Assembly (NCBI GenBank): GCA_000002435.2 | Contig: CM018791.1 | Direction: 5' to 3' (one strand) | DNA length: 64,000 bases | From: Giardia intestinalis | Lineage: Eukaryota | In this document: in pieces, positions 19,815-28,900 of the stretch | Layout: each line of letters starts with the position of its first letter | Numbering within the stretch: the stretch's first letter is position 1 | Notes under the pieces: generated by a model | The model's input: only the letters and a program-made list of their open reading frames with translations | What the model was told of the DNA's origin: nothing | Database searches by the model: none | Program-made: the position numbers and the translations under genes

Positions 19815-22800
19815 CTAGCTATGTGCATTCATGCGATTCTTCTTTGCCGATTGACGCCTAGGTTTTGCACCCTGGACCTCAACGGACCCCAAATCTGCTT
19901 CAGCATCAACAAAGTTAACGTGCTGATAATGCGTCTTCCCCTCAAGAGCAGCTTGTGCATCGTTGGCATTACTCTCTGTTGCATAGTCCTCCGCGCGCTT
20001 TCCATCAGATTGGTAAAAGGTGCTCTCGCTCTCATAAAGAATAGAACAAGCGGGAGCAAAATTAAAGTTGGCTGCTATCATCAGAGCCGTGAGCCCAGCG
20101 CCGTATGAGCAAAGCTTGTTGCTGGTGAGTCCCGACTCATTCTTGTGGAGAAGCTCTATAATGTTAATATAATCTTGCCTTGTTCCACGTTTGGTCAGCA
20201 GCATTAGCTCAATTGTTTTCTGAGCAGCTGTTACGTTACTACCAGCAGAAGAGTGATACGGCGTTCCGAGCTCGCGGTCAGTATGTGTGTAGCAAACCTC
20301 GACAACGCCGCAGCTTGCAGCATGCATCAGGGCAGTGTACCCGTCCTTTCTTTGGGTGCATGCTTCAGATTGATAGAGGCTCTCTACAACCCCTACATAT
20401 CCATTTTGGGCTGCGATCATTAAAGCCGTGCGTCCGTAAATGTCACGCATCGTGACCTCCACGAATAGGGTCTCGATGAGAAATACAAGGTTGTAGTGCG
20501 ATGCCCACATGAGGGCCGTCCATCCTGCCTTGTCCTGCATCTGCTTTTCGTAGGGCAATAGTATGTGGACCATCTCAACATTCTTATTGATAACAGCCAA
20601 CATGAGTGCTGTAAGCCCAAGGTTGTCCTGTGCACCAGCCCACGTGAGCCTCTGATTAACCATATCAACGGATCCACTAATCACCGCCTCCATGAGAGGG
20701 GTTCGTCCCTGGAAGTTAGAGTCTTCCTGAATGTTTAACCGGAAAGACATTGTAGGATGAAACCCGTTAATAGTTGTCCCGCACCACCTGTCTGTTTCGG
20801 ATTCGGCCGGTGTCACATACGAATTGTCCCCAAGCAGCTCGTGGCCACTGGCCTTCGTATGAACAAACTGGTCATTCTGCTCCACTTGAGATCGCGCCTC
20901 GTGAAGCGTCCTCGAGGCTCCGTCGTGTGCCGGCCCCGTTCCCATAGTGTAATACTCACCCTCAGGGTTATTGAAAGAATTATCTTGATAGATGTTTTGA
21001 GACATGATATTCCGTGCTCGCATGGACATGGTTGTAGGCTCTCTGATTGAGGCACCCGCAAAGCTCATCATGCTTTTCTCGGTCTCGCTCATGGTTGAAT
21101 ACGCTCTCCGCATTGCAACAGCGTCTTCCATGCGCGTCTGGAACGAATTAACAGTGGGCTTTATGCGACTAGAGCGCATTACTGCGATGCTGCTTATGGT
21201 TTCGTTAGCCACTGGGTCACGGATAGCGTCATTGGATTGCCACGCATCATTGACTTGACTCCTTACTGATGCATCTTGCCCGACGCGAACAGAGTCTGTG
21301 TTAAAAGCAGGGTCTATGCGGACCGATTTAGTGCCACTTGAGGGGTTCACCTTTGGGTCCACGGGGACTATGCTGTAATCGTCACCGGTTTGCGGTATGT
21401 CGGCATCTCTGACCCGCGCCTGGTCGATAGAAATTTCGTTTTTTGCCTTTGCAATGGCCTCCTTGATACTCTCGCTAGTATCCACCCGTGAACCATTGTA
21501 GCTAGAGTGAATTGCAGGATGGGGACCCTGCTGGGCCGATGGCGGAGCAAGATTGGCCGGAGAGCCGTTATCGTAGTCTTCTCCATCGTGGAAAACCTCC
21601 CCATAGAAGTCTGTTTGATCCACACGCGGCGTTATAGACATATTGATGTCATTATTTCGAGGTGTATGGAGATGTCCACTATCGTCATGGTCGGAGTCAG
21701 AGATGGGCTGCATCTTGCTGAAGTTAATGTTATCTGCACCTACCAGCTCACCGTCATCATAGCAGTAAGTGTTTGAGCGATAGACTCCGTCGTGTGCACC
21801 ATGAAGCCCTCCCAGAGAGTCCGCCCTCATTGATCTACCCTTCAACGACTCGCGAGTGAAAAGCGAGCCATGGTCAGTCGCCGTCACAACGGGCTCGTTC
21901 TTAGTAGAGGCACTCCCTGGACGGGGTTCTGATACAGCATTTGGATAGGCATCCTGCAGTGATATAGATGAAGTTAGCTCATAGCCGTCTCCAAAGACAG
22001 GATTGTCTGGCACAGGGTTGCTAGAGTATCCATCCTCTTCGTTTTGTTCAGGAACGTCTCTAAGATTGGAACGATGGTGCAACTCGCTGCCTGGGATCTG
22101 CGGAAAGACCTGATTATCCCGTGAGTAAGATTGGTGAGAATCGGGGTGAAGAGAAAGATTGCTGGAACGGTTCATGGCCTGCTTAAACGTACCTGCATTG
22201 GGTGGAAGCCTAAAGTCGCTACTTTGCTGATCGTACTGCATCTGCTGACAAAAAACGTCACCATCGAGTGACGGCTGCCCGGTGAGAGACTGCGTAGAGG
22301 TCGTCGGAGAAGGTATTGATCCCTTGCTAGATTTCTTGTCCATACCGACGTGCTCGGGATCGTTTACGCCATGAATCCCAGAGTTGTTCAAGGAGGATAG
22401 CAGTGGAACAGTGGACAATGCGCTTTTGATCGCCGTGGTGGGTGTCTTGTGACTGAACTCCACTTGTTCGAAACTAACGCCGTTTGCAGAAGGATTGACA
22501 AGGTTGATTAAGTTCTTAGACAGTTCTGCATTGACTGCAATTGGTGGCTGCTCAAGCTGGGGAGGCACATACTTTGGGCTTGAACTGTGGGAGACGAGAC
22601 CAAGGTTGCGCATTGCTCTGATAATAAAGGGGTGCTCCATAAGCTCGTTAGACGTAGGACGATGGGCCATATCAAGCTGAAGAAATCTAGATATCAGAGA
22701 CTGAAGAGAATCAGAGTAGTTCGCCCCGGCGTCTCTCAAAGAGACATACTTACCGCTTGCAACATTGTCGGCAAGCTCGCTGGGCGTCCTGCCCCAGAAG

Positions 22801-23507
22801 CACGGCTGTCCAGTGCACATGTAGTAAATCACACACCCGAAGGACCATATGTCAGACTTCAAGGAGTAAGCCTCCTCGCCTGATAGCACCTCGGGGGCCA
22901 TAAATGCAAGGTCGAACAATGGGAAAGAAGAAAACATTACATCAACGGCTGTAGGAATGCTAAAATTGGAGATTTTGAGCTGATTGACGTTATTGAACAA
23001 GATGTTCCTAGGGGTGAGCCGTCTGTGCACGATTCGCCCAATTTGGACAATTTCTCCTTGCGAGTCCTTATAGCTCTTATTCCAGGGGCTGTGCAGATAG
23101 ATCAACGCATCGGTTATTTGCGCGATATAGTCCCATATGGCCGCCTCGCTGAGTCTTTTACCATTGCAGTACCCGTCTTCGACTACTGAGTAGAGGCTCC
23201 TTGGTAGATACTCCGTCACTAGGGTGAAGGTCGACTTGTAGGGAGCGTAGAAAATGTCATAAACCTTCATAAGAGTTGGGTGTTCTATATGCTTTAAAAT
23301 AAACGTCTGTCCGATAACCTCTGAGTGGTCTGCAGCAGAGGCGGCGTAGTATGCGACCTGCTTCCCGAGAAGCTTCATGGCCAGATGGGTATCGTGAAGC
23401 AGAAAAACAGTCTCTGCACCATCGCTATTAAGAACAGAGTCGACTGTGTATCTCTGAGGAAGATCCGGAGCAGCTTCGGGGATGTATCGATCACCTCTAG
23501 AAGGCAT
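19815..23507 (-). CDS. NEK-like kinase-fold protein with C-terminal ankyrin repeats. Predicted catalytically inactive (pseudokinase).
   Basis: The N-terminal kinase fold (VAIK-like AMKLLGK, APE-like MAPEV, DIWSFGCVIYYM) is followed by a long low-complexity linker and at least 6 ankyrin repeats (GRTPLMEAV, GLTALMLAV, GWTALMWAS, GRTALMIAA, GYTALMHAA, GLTALMIAA). The catalytic loop reads HRRLTPRN instead of HRDLKPxN, and DFG is replaced by NFS. Confidence 0.85.
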   Translation of the reverse strand: MPSRGDRYIPEAAPDLPQRYTVDSVLNSDGAETVFLLHDTHLAMKLLGKQVAYYAASAADHSEVIGQTFILKHIEHPTLMKVYDIFYAPYKSTFTLVTEYLPRSLYSVVEDGYCNGKRLSEAAIWDYIAQITDALIYLHSPWNKSYKDSQGEIVQIGRIVHRRLTPRNILFNNVNQLKISNFSIPTAVDVMFSSFPLFDLAFMAPEVLSGEEAYSLKSDIWSFGCVIYYMCTGQPCFWGRTPSELADNVASGKYVSLRDAGANYSDSLQSLISRFLQLDMAHRPTSNELMEHPFIIRAMRNLGLVSHSSSPKYVPPQLEQPPIAVNAELSKNLINLVNPSANGVSFEQVEFSHKTPTTAIKSALSTVPLLSSLNNSGIHGVNDPEHVGMDKKSSKGSIPSPTTSTQSLTGQPSLDGDVFCQQMQYDQQSSDFRLPPNAGTFKQAMNRSSNLSLHPDSHQSYSRDNQVFPQIPGSELHHRSNLRDVPEQNEEDGYSSNPVPDNPVFGDGYELTSSISLQDAYPNAVSEPRPGSASTKNEPVVTATDHGSLFTRESLKGRSMRADSLGGLHGAHDGVYRSNTYCYDDGELVGADNINFSKMQPISDSDHDDSGHLHTPRNNDINMSITPRVDQTDFYGEVFHDGEDYDNGSPANLAPPSAQQGPHPAIHSSYNGSRVDTSESIKEAIAKAKNEISIDQARVRDADIPQTGDDYSIVPVDPKVNPSSGTKSVRIDPAFNTDSVRVGQDASVRSQVNDAWQSNDAIRDPVANETISSIAVMRSSRIKPTVNSFQTRMEDAVAMRRAYSTMSETEKSMMSFAGASIREPTTMSMRARNIMSQNIYQDNSFNNPEGEYYTMGTGPAHDGASRTLHEARSQVEQNDQFVHTKASGHELLGDNSYVTPAESETDRWCGTTINGFHPTMSFRLNIQEDSNFQGRTPLMEAVISGSVDMVNQRLTWAGAQDNLGLTALMLAVINKNVEMVHILLPYEKQMQDKAGWTALMWASHYNLVFLIETLFVEVTMRDIYGRTALMIAAQNGYVGVVESLYQSEACTQRKDGYTALMHAASCGVVEVCYTHTDRELGTPYHSSAGSNVTAAQKTIELMLLTKRGTRQDYINIIELLHKNESGLTSNKLCSYGAGLTALMIAANFNFAPACSILYESESTFYQSDGKRAEDYATESNANDAQAALEGKTHYQHVNFVDAEADLGSVEVQGAKPRRQSAKKNRMNAHS

Positions 23508-23562
23508 GTAGACACCAATTACTCTCTTTTTAATTTCAATGTTTTCCAGATTTTAGCGGACA
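23508..23562. promoter_or_regulatory. AT-rich bidirectional promoter between the divergent NEK-ankyrin and ankyrin-RING genes.
   Basis: 55-bp spacer tagacaccaattactctctttttaatttcaatgttttccagattttagcggaca, flanked by two ATGs. Confidence 0.5.
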
Positions 23563-25194
23563 ATGGACACACGACTCATGGAGGCTGCACGTTCTGGCAG
23601 AGCTCTTCCGCCAGATTCTGAGATACAGAGAGATGCAGGCCAGCAAGATAAACACGGCTGGACAGCTCTTATGTACGCTGCCCAAAATGGACACACACAC
23701 ATCGTCAAACGCTTGGCTTCCCTTGAAAAGGGGATTCGCGATCATTCTGGACGGACAGCTCTGATGCATGGTGTTTCTAGCGGTATGCAAGAGGTAGCAG
23801 AGCTCCTGATTGCACATGAAGCAGCCGTCGCTGATAATACTGGGCGCACAGCTCTAATGATCTCTGCAAAACAAAAGCGTGTCGGCTTATGCTCTCTCTT
23901 AGCTCCCTTAGAGGCAGGGATTCAGGACCAGGCCGGCTGGACAGCTATGATGCACGCTCTTGATAGCCGGTTCGATGACATCGGCCAATCTCTTTGGGGC
24001 GATGACGGTGGTGCAGCTGTTGAAGAAATCTGTAAGATTCTAGTTTCAGCAGAGGTCGGAAAGTCGGCCGTTAATGGAATGACGGCTCTCATGCTTGCTG
24101 CAGAAGCTGGATATGAACACGTGTGCCGCCTGCTCATAGAAAAGGAAGCGGGGCGTAGCACTGCTTCGGGCATGACAGCAATGATGCTAGCTGCGCAGTA
24201 TGGCAGCCACCGCATAGTGCGAATGCTCTTGGCAAGAGAGGTTGGGCTTATCACTCAGGAAGGAAAGACAGCACTCATGTGTGCGGCAGAGTTTGGACAT
24301 TTCGAATGTTGCAAGTTGCTCCTCGGGGGCGAGGGGCTCATCCATACCCAGGATCATGTGACAGCCCTCATGTACGCTGCTCGGAGTGGACACCTGGCAG
24401 TAGTGAAGCTTTTACTGCCTCTGCAGCAGGGCATTGTAAGTGACACTGGCCTGACTGCCTACCTCTGCGCAGAAGAGGCTGGAAACTCAGATTGTGCAGA
24501 GGTATTGCGGCCATTAGAAACTACTGAGGCGGTCCGCTCTCTTATCCTGCAGTCCACCGCTGGTATCAATCTAAAGACACCTGAAGGACTTACAATCGCC
24601 GATCGCTCGCTCTTGCTGAATGATCTTACAGAGACTCGGCTTAAGAAAACAGGAACACGTGCAGGAGGGATACTACAGTGCGAACTTGTAGAGAAGGAGC
24701 GGACAATCGGTATTCTCACGAAGCAGCTCAAAAGGGAAAGAATCGCCTCTGAAAAGCTAGAGAACTTGGTCCGATCTTGCAAAGAAGAAATCCGCCAGCT
24801 CCAGCAACAACTGCAAGTCCAGGGTGATGAGGTCGAAGCCCTTACACGCCAAGCTGCTGCTTTGCCTGACCACTTTGGTAGAGATGCTGCGAAAGCACAC
24901 ACCTGCCTGCCGATCCAGCCCAGCGATCTTGCTTCTTTTGACATGGGTCAACTTGAAGAGCTGGATCGCCATCTTAGTGACTCGCTTGATACTGTAAGGA
25001 CAGCAAAGGTGACTCTTGCAGCTGGATCTCGCGCAAATGCCTGCCTTGTCTGCCTAGATAACCGTGCAACGATCTTCTATCTTCCTTGCCAACACATGGT
25101 CACCTGTCGGGAGTGTGAGGCCAAGCTCCGCGACAACCGCTGCCCGCTCTGTCGGGTAGTCATAGAGGCCTCCTATGTCGTATACACAAATTAG
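23563..25194 (+). CDS. Ankyrin-repeat protein with a coiled-coil and a C-terminal C3HC4 RING finger (putative E3 ubiquitin ligase, Protein 21.1-like).
   Basis: At least 9 ankyrin repeats with the G(R/W/M)TALM signature, a coiled-coil (KRERIASEKLENLVRSCKEEIRQLQQQLQVQGDEVEALTRQ) and a terminal CLVCLDNRATIFYLPCQHMVTCRECEAKLRDNRCPLCR. Confidence 0.85.
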   Translation: MDTRLMEAARSGRALPPDSEIQRDAGQQDKHGWTALMYAAQNGHTHIVKRLASLEKGIRDHSGRTALMHGVSSGMQEVAELLIAHEAAVADNTGRTALMISAKQKRVGLCSLLAPLEAGIQDQAGWTAMMHALDSRFDDIGQSLWGDDGGAAVEEICKILVSAEVGKSAVNGMTALMLAAEAGYEHVCRLLIEKEAGRSTASGMTAMMLAAQYGSHRIVRMLLAREVGLITQEGKTALMCAAEFGHFECCKLLLGGEGLIHTQDHVTALMYAARSGHLAVVKLLLPLQQGIVSDTGLTAYLCAEEAGNSDCAEVLRPLETTEAVRSLILQSTAGINLKTPEGLTIADRSLLLNDLTETRLKKTGTRAGGILQCELVEKERTIGILTKQLKRERIASEKLENLVRSCKEEIRQLQQQLQVQGDEVEALTRQAAALPDHFGRDAAKAHTCLPIQPSDLASFDMGQLEELDRHLSDSLDTVRTAKVTLAAGSRANACLVCLDNRATIFYLPCQHMVTCRECEAKLRDNRCPLCRVVIEASYVVYTN

Positions 25195-25199
25195 CAACG

Positions 25200-25206
25200 A
25201 TTCACT
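25200..25206 (-). promoter_or_regulatory. Putative polyadenylation signal AGTGAAT (AGTRAAY) for GPRT, 15 nt after its TAA.
   Basis: Minus strand reads TAAccctcgggatatgctAGTGAATcg. Confidence 0.4.
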
Positions 25207-25221
25207 AGCATATCCCGAGGG

Positions 25222-25914
25222 TTAATATCTGTTAACACCGTTAATGTTGAGTCCTTTAATGTGCTCTGTGAGGCGCCTTCGGAACTCTGTCACTTCGCTC
25301 TCGCTAAGATTTATGTCGAACAGATGTGCCCAGCCGCGGCGAAGCCCGTTATCATCCAAACCAAAACCGATCAGCCATGAACCCTTGGGCATGGGCGTGT
25401 ATCCATAGAACATCTTGGTATCCGCGAGTGCTGAATGCTTTTTGATGGCGTCCACATCCTTAACAAAGCAGGAACAGATCTTAGCGTGCTTGATCTGCTC
25501 CTGAATGGAGAAGATGGTATGCCCCGAGTCGACATACTCGTCAATAAGCACAACCTCACGCTTCTCTTTGAGCTGCTTGAGGTCCTCTTCGTCAAACACG
25601 ACAGATTCTTGCCTCGTGCCCTTGTACGACGAGACCTTCACGAAGTGGAGGGTGTACGGGAATGTAAGATGAACTGTCAACAGCGATGCATAGAGATAGG
25701 CCCCGGTCAACAGGGCGACAAGTGTGACAGGTTCTGCGACGTCCTTGTAGTACTCGTTCATTCTGCGCGCAGTATCTGCTGCAAGCGCCTTACACTCCTC
25801 AAAAGTGGCTAGAAGGTGGAATTTCTTCACCTCTGACTCTAGTACATCGTTACGGTCCTTGAAAAACGTTGAGAGTACATCCTTGACCGGCTTTCCTGTC
25901 ACAGAGCAAATCAT
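25222..25914 (-). CDS. GPRT: Guanine phosphoribosyltransferase (type I PRTase, purine salvage).
   Basis: 230-aa ORF with the PRPP-binding motif VVLIDEYVDSGHT. Giardia lamblia GPRT is a 230-aa protein. The ATG is preceded by cagaaaaaatgatt. Confidence 0.8.
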   Translation of the reverse strand: MICSVTGKPVKDVLSTFFKDRNDVLESEVKKFHLLATFEECKALAADTARRMNEYYKDVAEPVTLVALLTGAYLYASLLTVHLTFPYTLHFVKVSSYKGTRQESVVFDEEDLKQLKEKREVVLIDEYVDSGHTIFSIQEQIKHAKICSCFVKDVDAIKKHSALADTKMFYGYTPMPKGSWLIGFGLDDNGLRRGWAHLFDINLSESEVTEFRRRLTEHIKGLNINGVNRY

Positions 25915-25969
25915 TTTTTCTGCTCATTTTTTTGAACTGCAATTATTAGGACTGGTTTGTGCGGTTATG

Positions 25970-28900
25970 TTAATTTGTGATTACAGGGTTTGTCCCCGGA
26001 TCATCTGACTTGCAAAAGAATCGTACCCGTGTCTCTGGTCCACCATATGGGGGGTTTGTCGCTCGGATTGTAAGGGAGGGTTTCTCTGGTGGCCTCAGCG
26101 AAGATTGAAGGACATCTGTGGAAGGCTGAAATATGCTAACAGTGGTGCTGCCTTTTTCGTGAGCAGACCCTGCGGTAACTACTTTAAGAGCTACAAAGGG
26201 GCTGTTTCTAAAACTTGTTGCTAAAAACTCACCTTCGTCGGAACTAGAAGAAGAACTAGACGATGCAGACAGAGGTGGGGTAAGAGGTATCACGACAGGT
26301 TCAAACTGAGATGCCTGTAATTCCTCTGATTTGCACACATGCTTGCTTGTTGAGCAACTCCTAGACACCAAGGACCGCTTTATGTTGTCGCCTGAAAGGT
26401 TCTGAATTATAATGCTAGCATCCACCGCGTCTCTGTGATCACAGTCTCGAAAGGGCGCTGACTGTGGCTCATACTGTGTCGAGGCAGAACTTGTCGAAAC
26501 GCGCATCTGCGCAAAAAGAAGCTTCATGTCCAACAAGTTGAGCCTTGTCTGTATCTCTGCTTCAATGTGTTCCTTCCCGTCCTTTGTGCCCAGGAGTTCT
26601 TCAAGCAGCCTTATGCGAGCTTCTTGCTCGGCTCCTTTAGCTTCACCCGAGGCAACATCTCCTTGCAGATGAGCGATAGTGTCTTGAAGTTTAGAGATAG
26701 TATCTTGACTCTCGTGTAGTTTTCTCTTGTAGTCCGAGACCTTACTCTCTGCTGAGCTTATCGTCTTCATAACTTCCGAAACAACCTCATTCATATCTTC
26801 TGCTTCCAGCTCACGTGCTGCAAGTACTTGAGTCTGCTGGTGCAAACGCTCGACAAGGATGTCGCAGTAACGCTCACATTCTATTGCACACAAGTAAGGA
26901 GACTGTGGGGGAGAGCATAGGCGTGAAACAGAGTAGGAGTTCTCCACCACGGATGCTTCTTGATGGATATGTTTGAGTAGCTCGTCAGTTTGCATAGATA
27001 CCTCCACACACGCTTCGTGTTTCTGTGCGAGATTTTTATAGTCTGACAGTATATGATTATGAGTACTTGGTGCATCGCTCATCACACTGTTGCTTTCAGA
27101 GGTACAGCGCGGCTCATTTCCGGAACACAGAAGGCACTGTATGGACTTAAACGCAATACTAATTTCTTCACATTGCGTACTCGCTATTTTAGTATCTGAT
27201 TCTATGATTAGCTTTTCGTCTGGACCTAGCATGCGTGACTGGAGGGCTGCCAGTGTGCCGTACGGTGCCACGTCAACCTCGTCCGTCTGGACCCCAAAGT
27301 ACTTCATATCGGGTGCGTCCACTTGAATTGCCGCGAACACCATCGTAGTAGTATCTTCTACTGAGCCGAAGTCAGACCCTTGCTCTTCATTATACCCTCT
27401 ACATCGTGGAACATGTGAATTATCACTTGGTCCAGTAGACGGGCCAAGTGAGTTCAATGGTGCACTCCGTAAGTCCATCTCAGAAGTCCTGTCTGCATTA
27501 CTAGGTGGCTGTAAAAGCTCACATTGAATCGCTTTGAAGGATGGGAGCGGAGCTTCAATCTGAGTTCCGGTGTGAATCTTCTGAGATCCGTCTAGCTCAG
27601 CATCTATCTTTCCACACCCACCTACAGATGACTTCCCTTTTCCAAGGCCGGTAGACTGGGTAAGCAAGAGTGACCTGATGGCAGCATCAAGAGCAGATTC
27701 GGGCGTATCCTCAGCGCATGTGTCTAGGTGCAACTTCAAGAGGATGGAACTGGGAATAATGGTACAATCCGCTCCCTTGGATCTGTCGTGAACACTTTTC
27801 AGTTGCAGCAACCTCCGATATTCTTCGTCTGCTTCTTCTTCCACGTGATCCACACTTATAGAGGCATTTGGAGGAAGAGTGTCGAATTGGGAGTTATTAT
27901 AATTTGTTAACTCGCGCAGATTTCCTGTCTGGGTTTCGTCATCCACGGTGAACAATTCTCTCACAGTCTGGACAGATTTAAACACTAAAAGCTCATGCAG
28001 ATCTGCTTGGGTCTCAGCATGGACAAAGAACTCAGCAAGATAGGTTTGCGTGGATCCGTGGGCAATATCCCCCAGGTCTATCTCCGTGCATGACACAGCC
28101 TTGTCCAGATATCCCGACGCCCTTAATTCCTCAAGCCTGGCCCTTTCTTCCCGTTGGTGCCTAAATGCATCCTTCAGCAAAAGGTTGTCTGCCTGTAATT
28201 CATCCCGCTCCTTCGTCAATATTGCCAACTTTTGGCAGAGTTGCTCCTTCTCTTCCGTTATTACCTGATTTTCAGAGAGGATGTCATTGATACGACAGGT
28301 CACTGCTTCAATTGCAGAGCACTGAGCTGCAAGTCGATAAGAGGCCGATTCAGTTGCAGCTAAAATATACTTCTGAGCATCGTCTAAAGATGGCGCTGTG
28401 CTTGTGTTCATATATGCACAGATACGTCTGGACACTTGCTGATCGAGGCCATCGAGCCTTGATACCTTTAGGCCATCGCTTAGCTGTGCTTGCATAGTCA
28501 GTAAAATAGAGAGATACCTTGTTGCCTCATCATGGAACGCTCGTGCTGCATGCTCTGTCATGGTTAACCTGCTAAGTGTTTCAGCGTGCTTTTCACTTAC
28601 CTGGTCCTTTTCTTTAGCAAGCTGGGCTAGATCTGCTTCCCTCTTGAGTACCAGTCCATGCACGTCATCGAGTGATGGAGCTATCGCACAACTTGCTTCA
28701 GCGGTCTCCTTTGCGTGGGCCAACCGCCTGAGGTCAAACATTACATGGAAGAGCTTTCGCCGGTAGGCGTTCAGAGTAAGGAGATATTCTGGTATAGCTT
28801 CTGGAACAGGAAACTGCACGGCAGAAGCGGCCTCCTGCCTATTCAACAACTCGTCCAAAATTTTCACTTGTTCACGCAGAAAAACAACCTCATCGATCTG

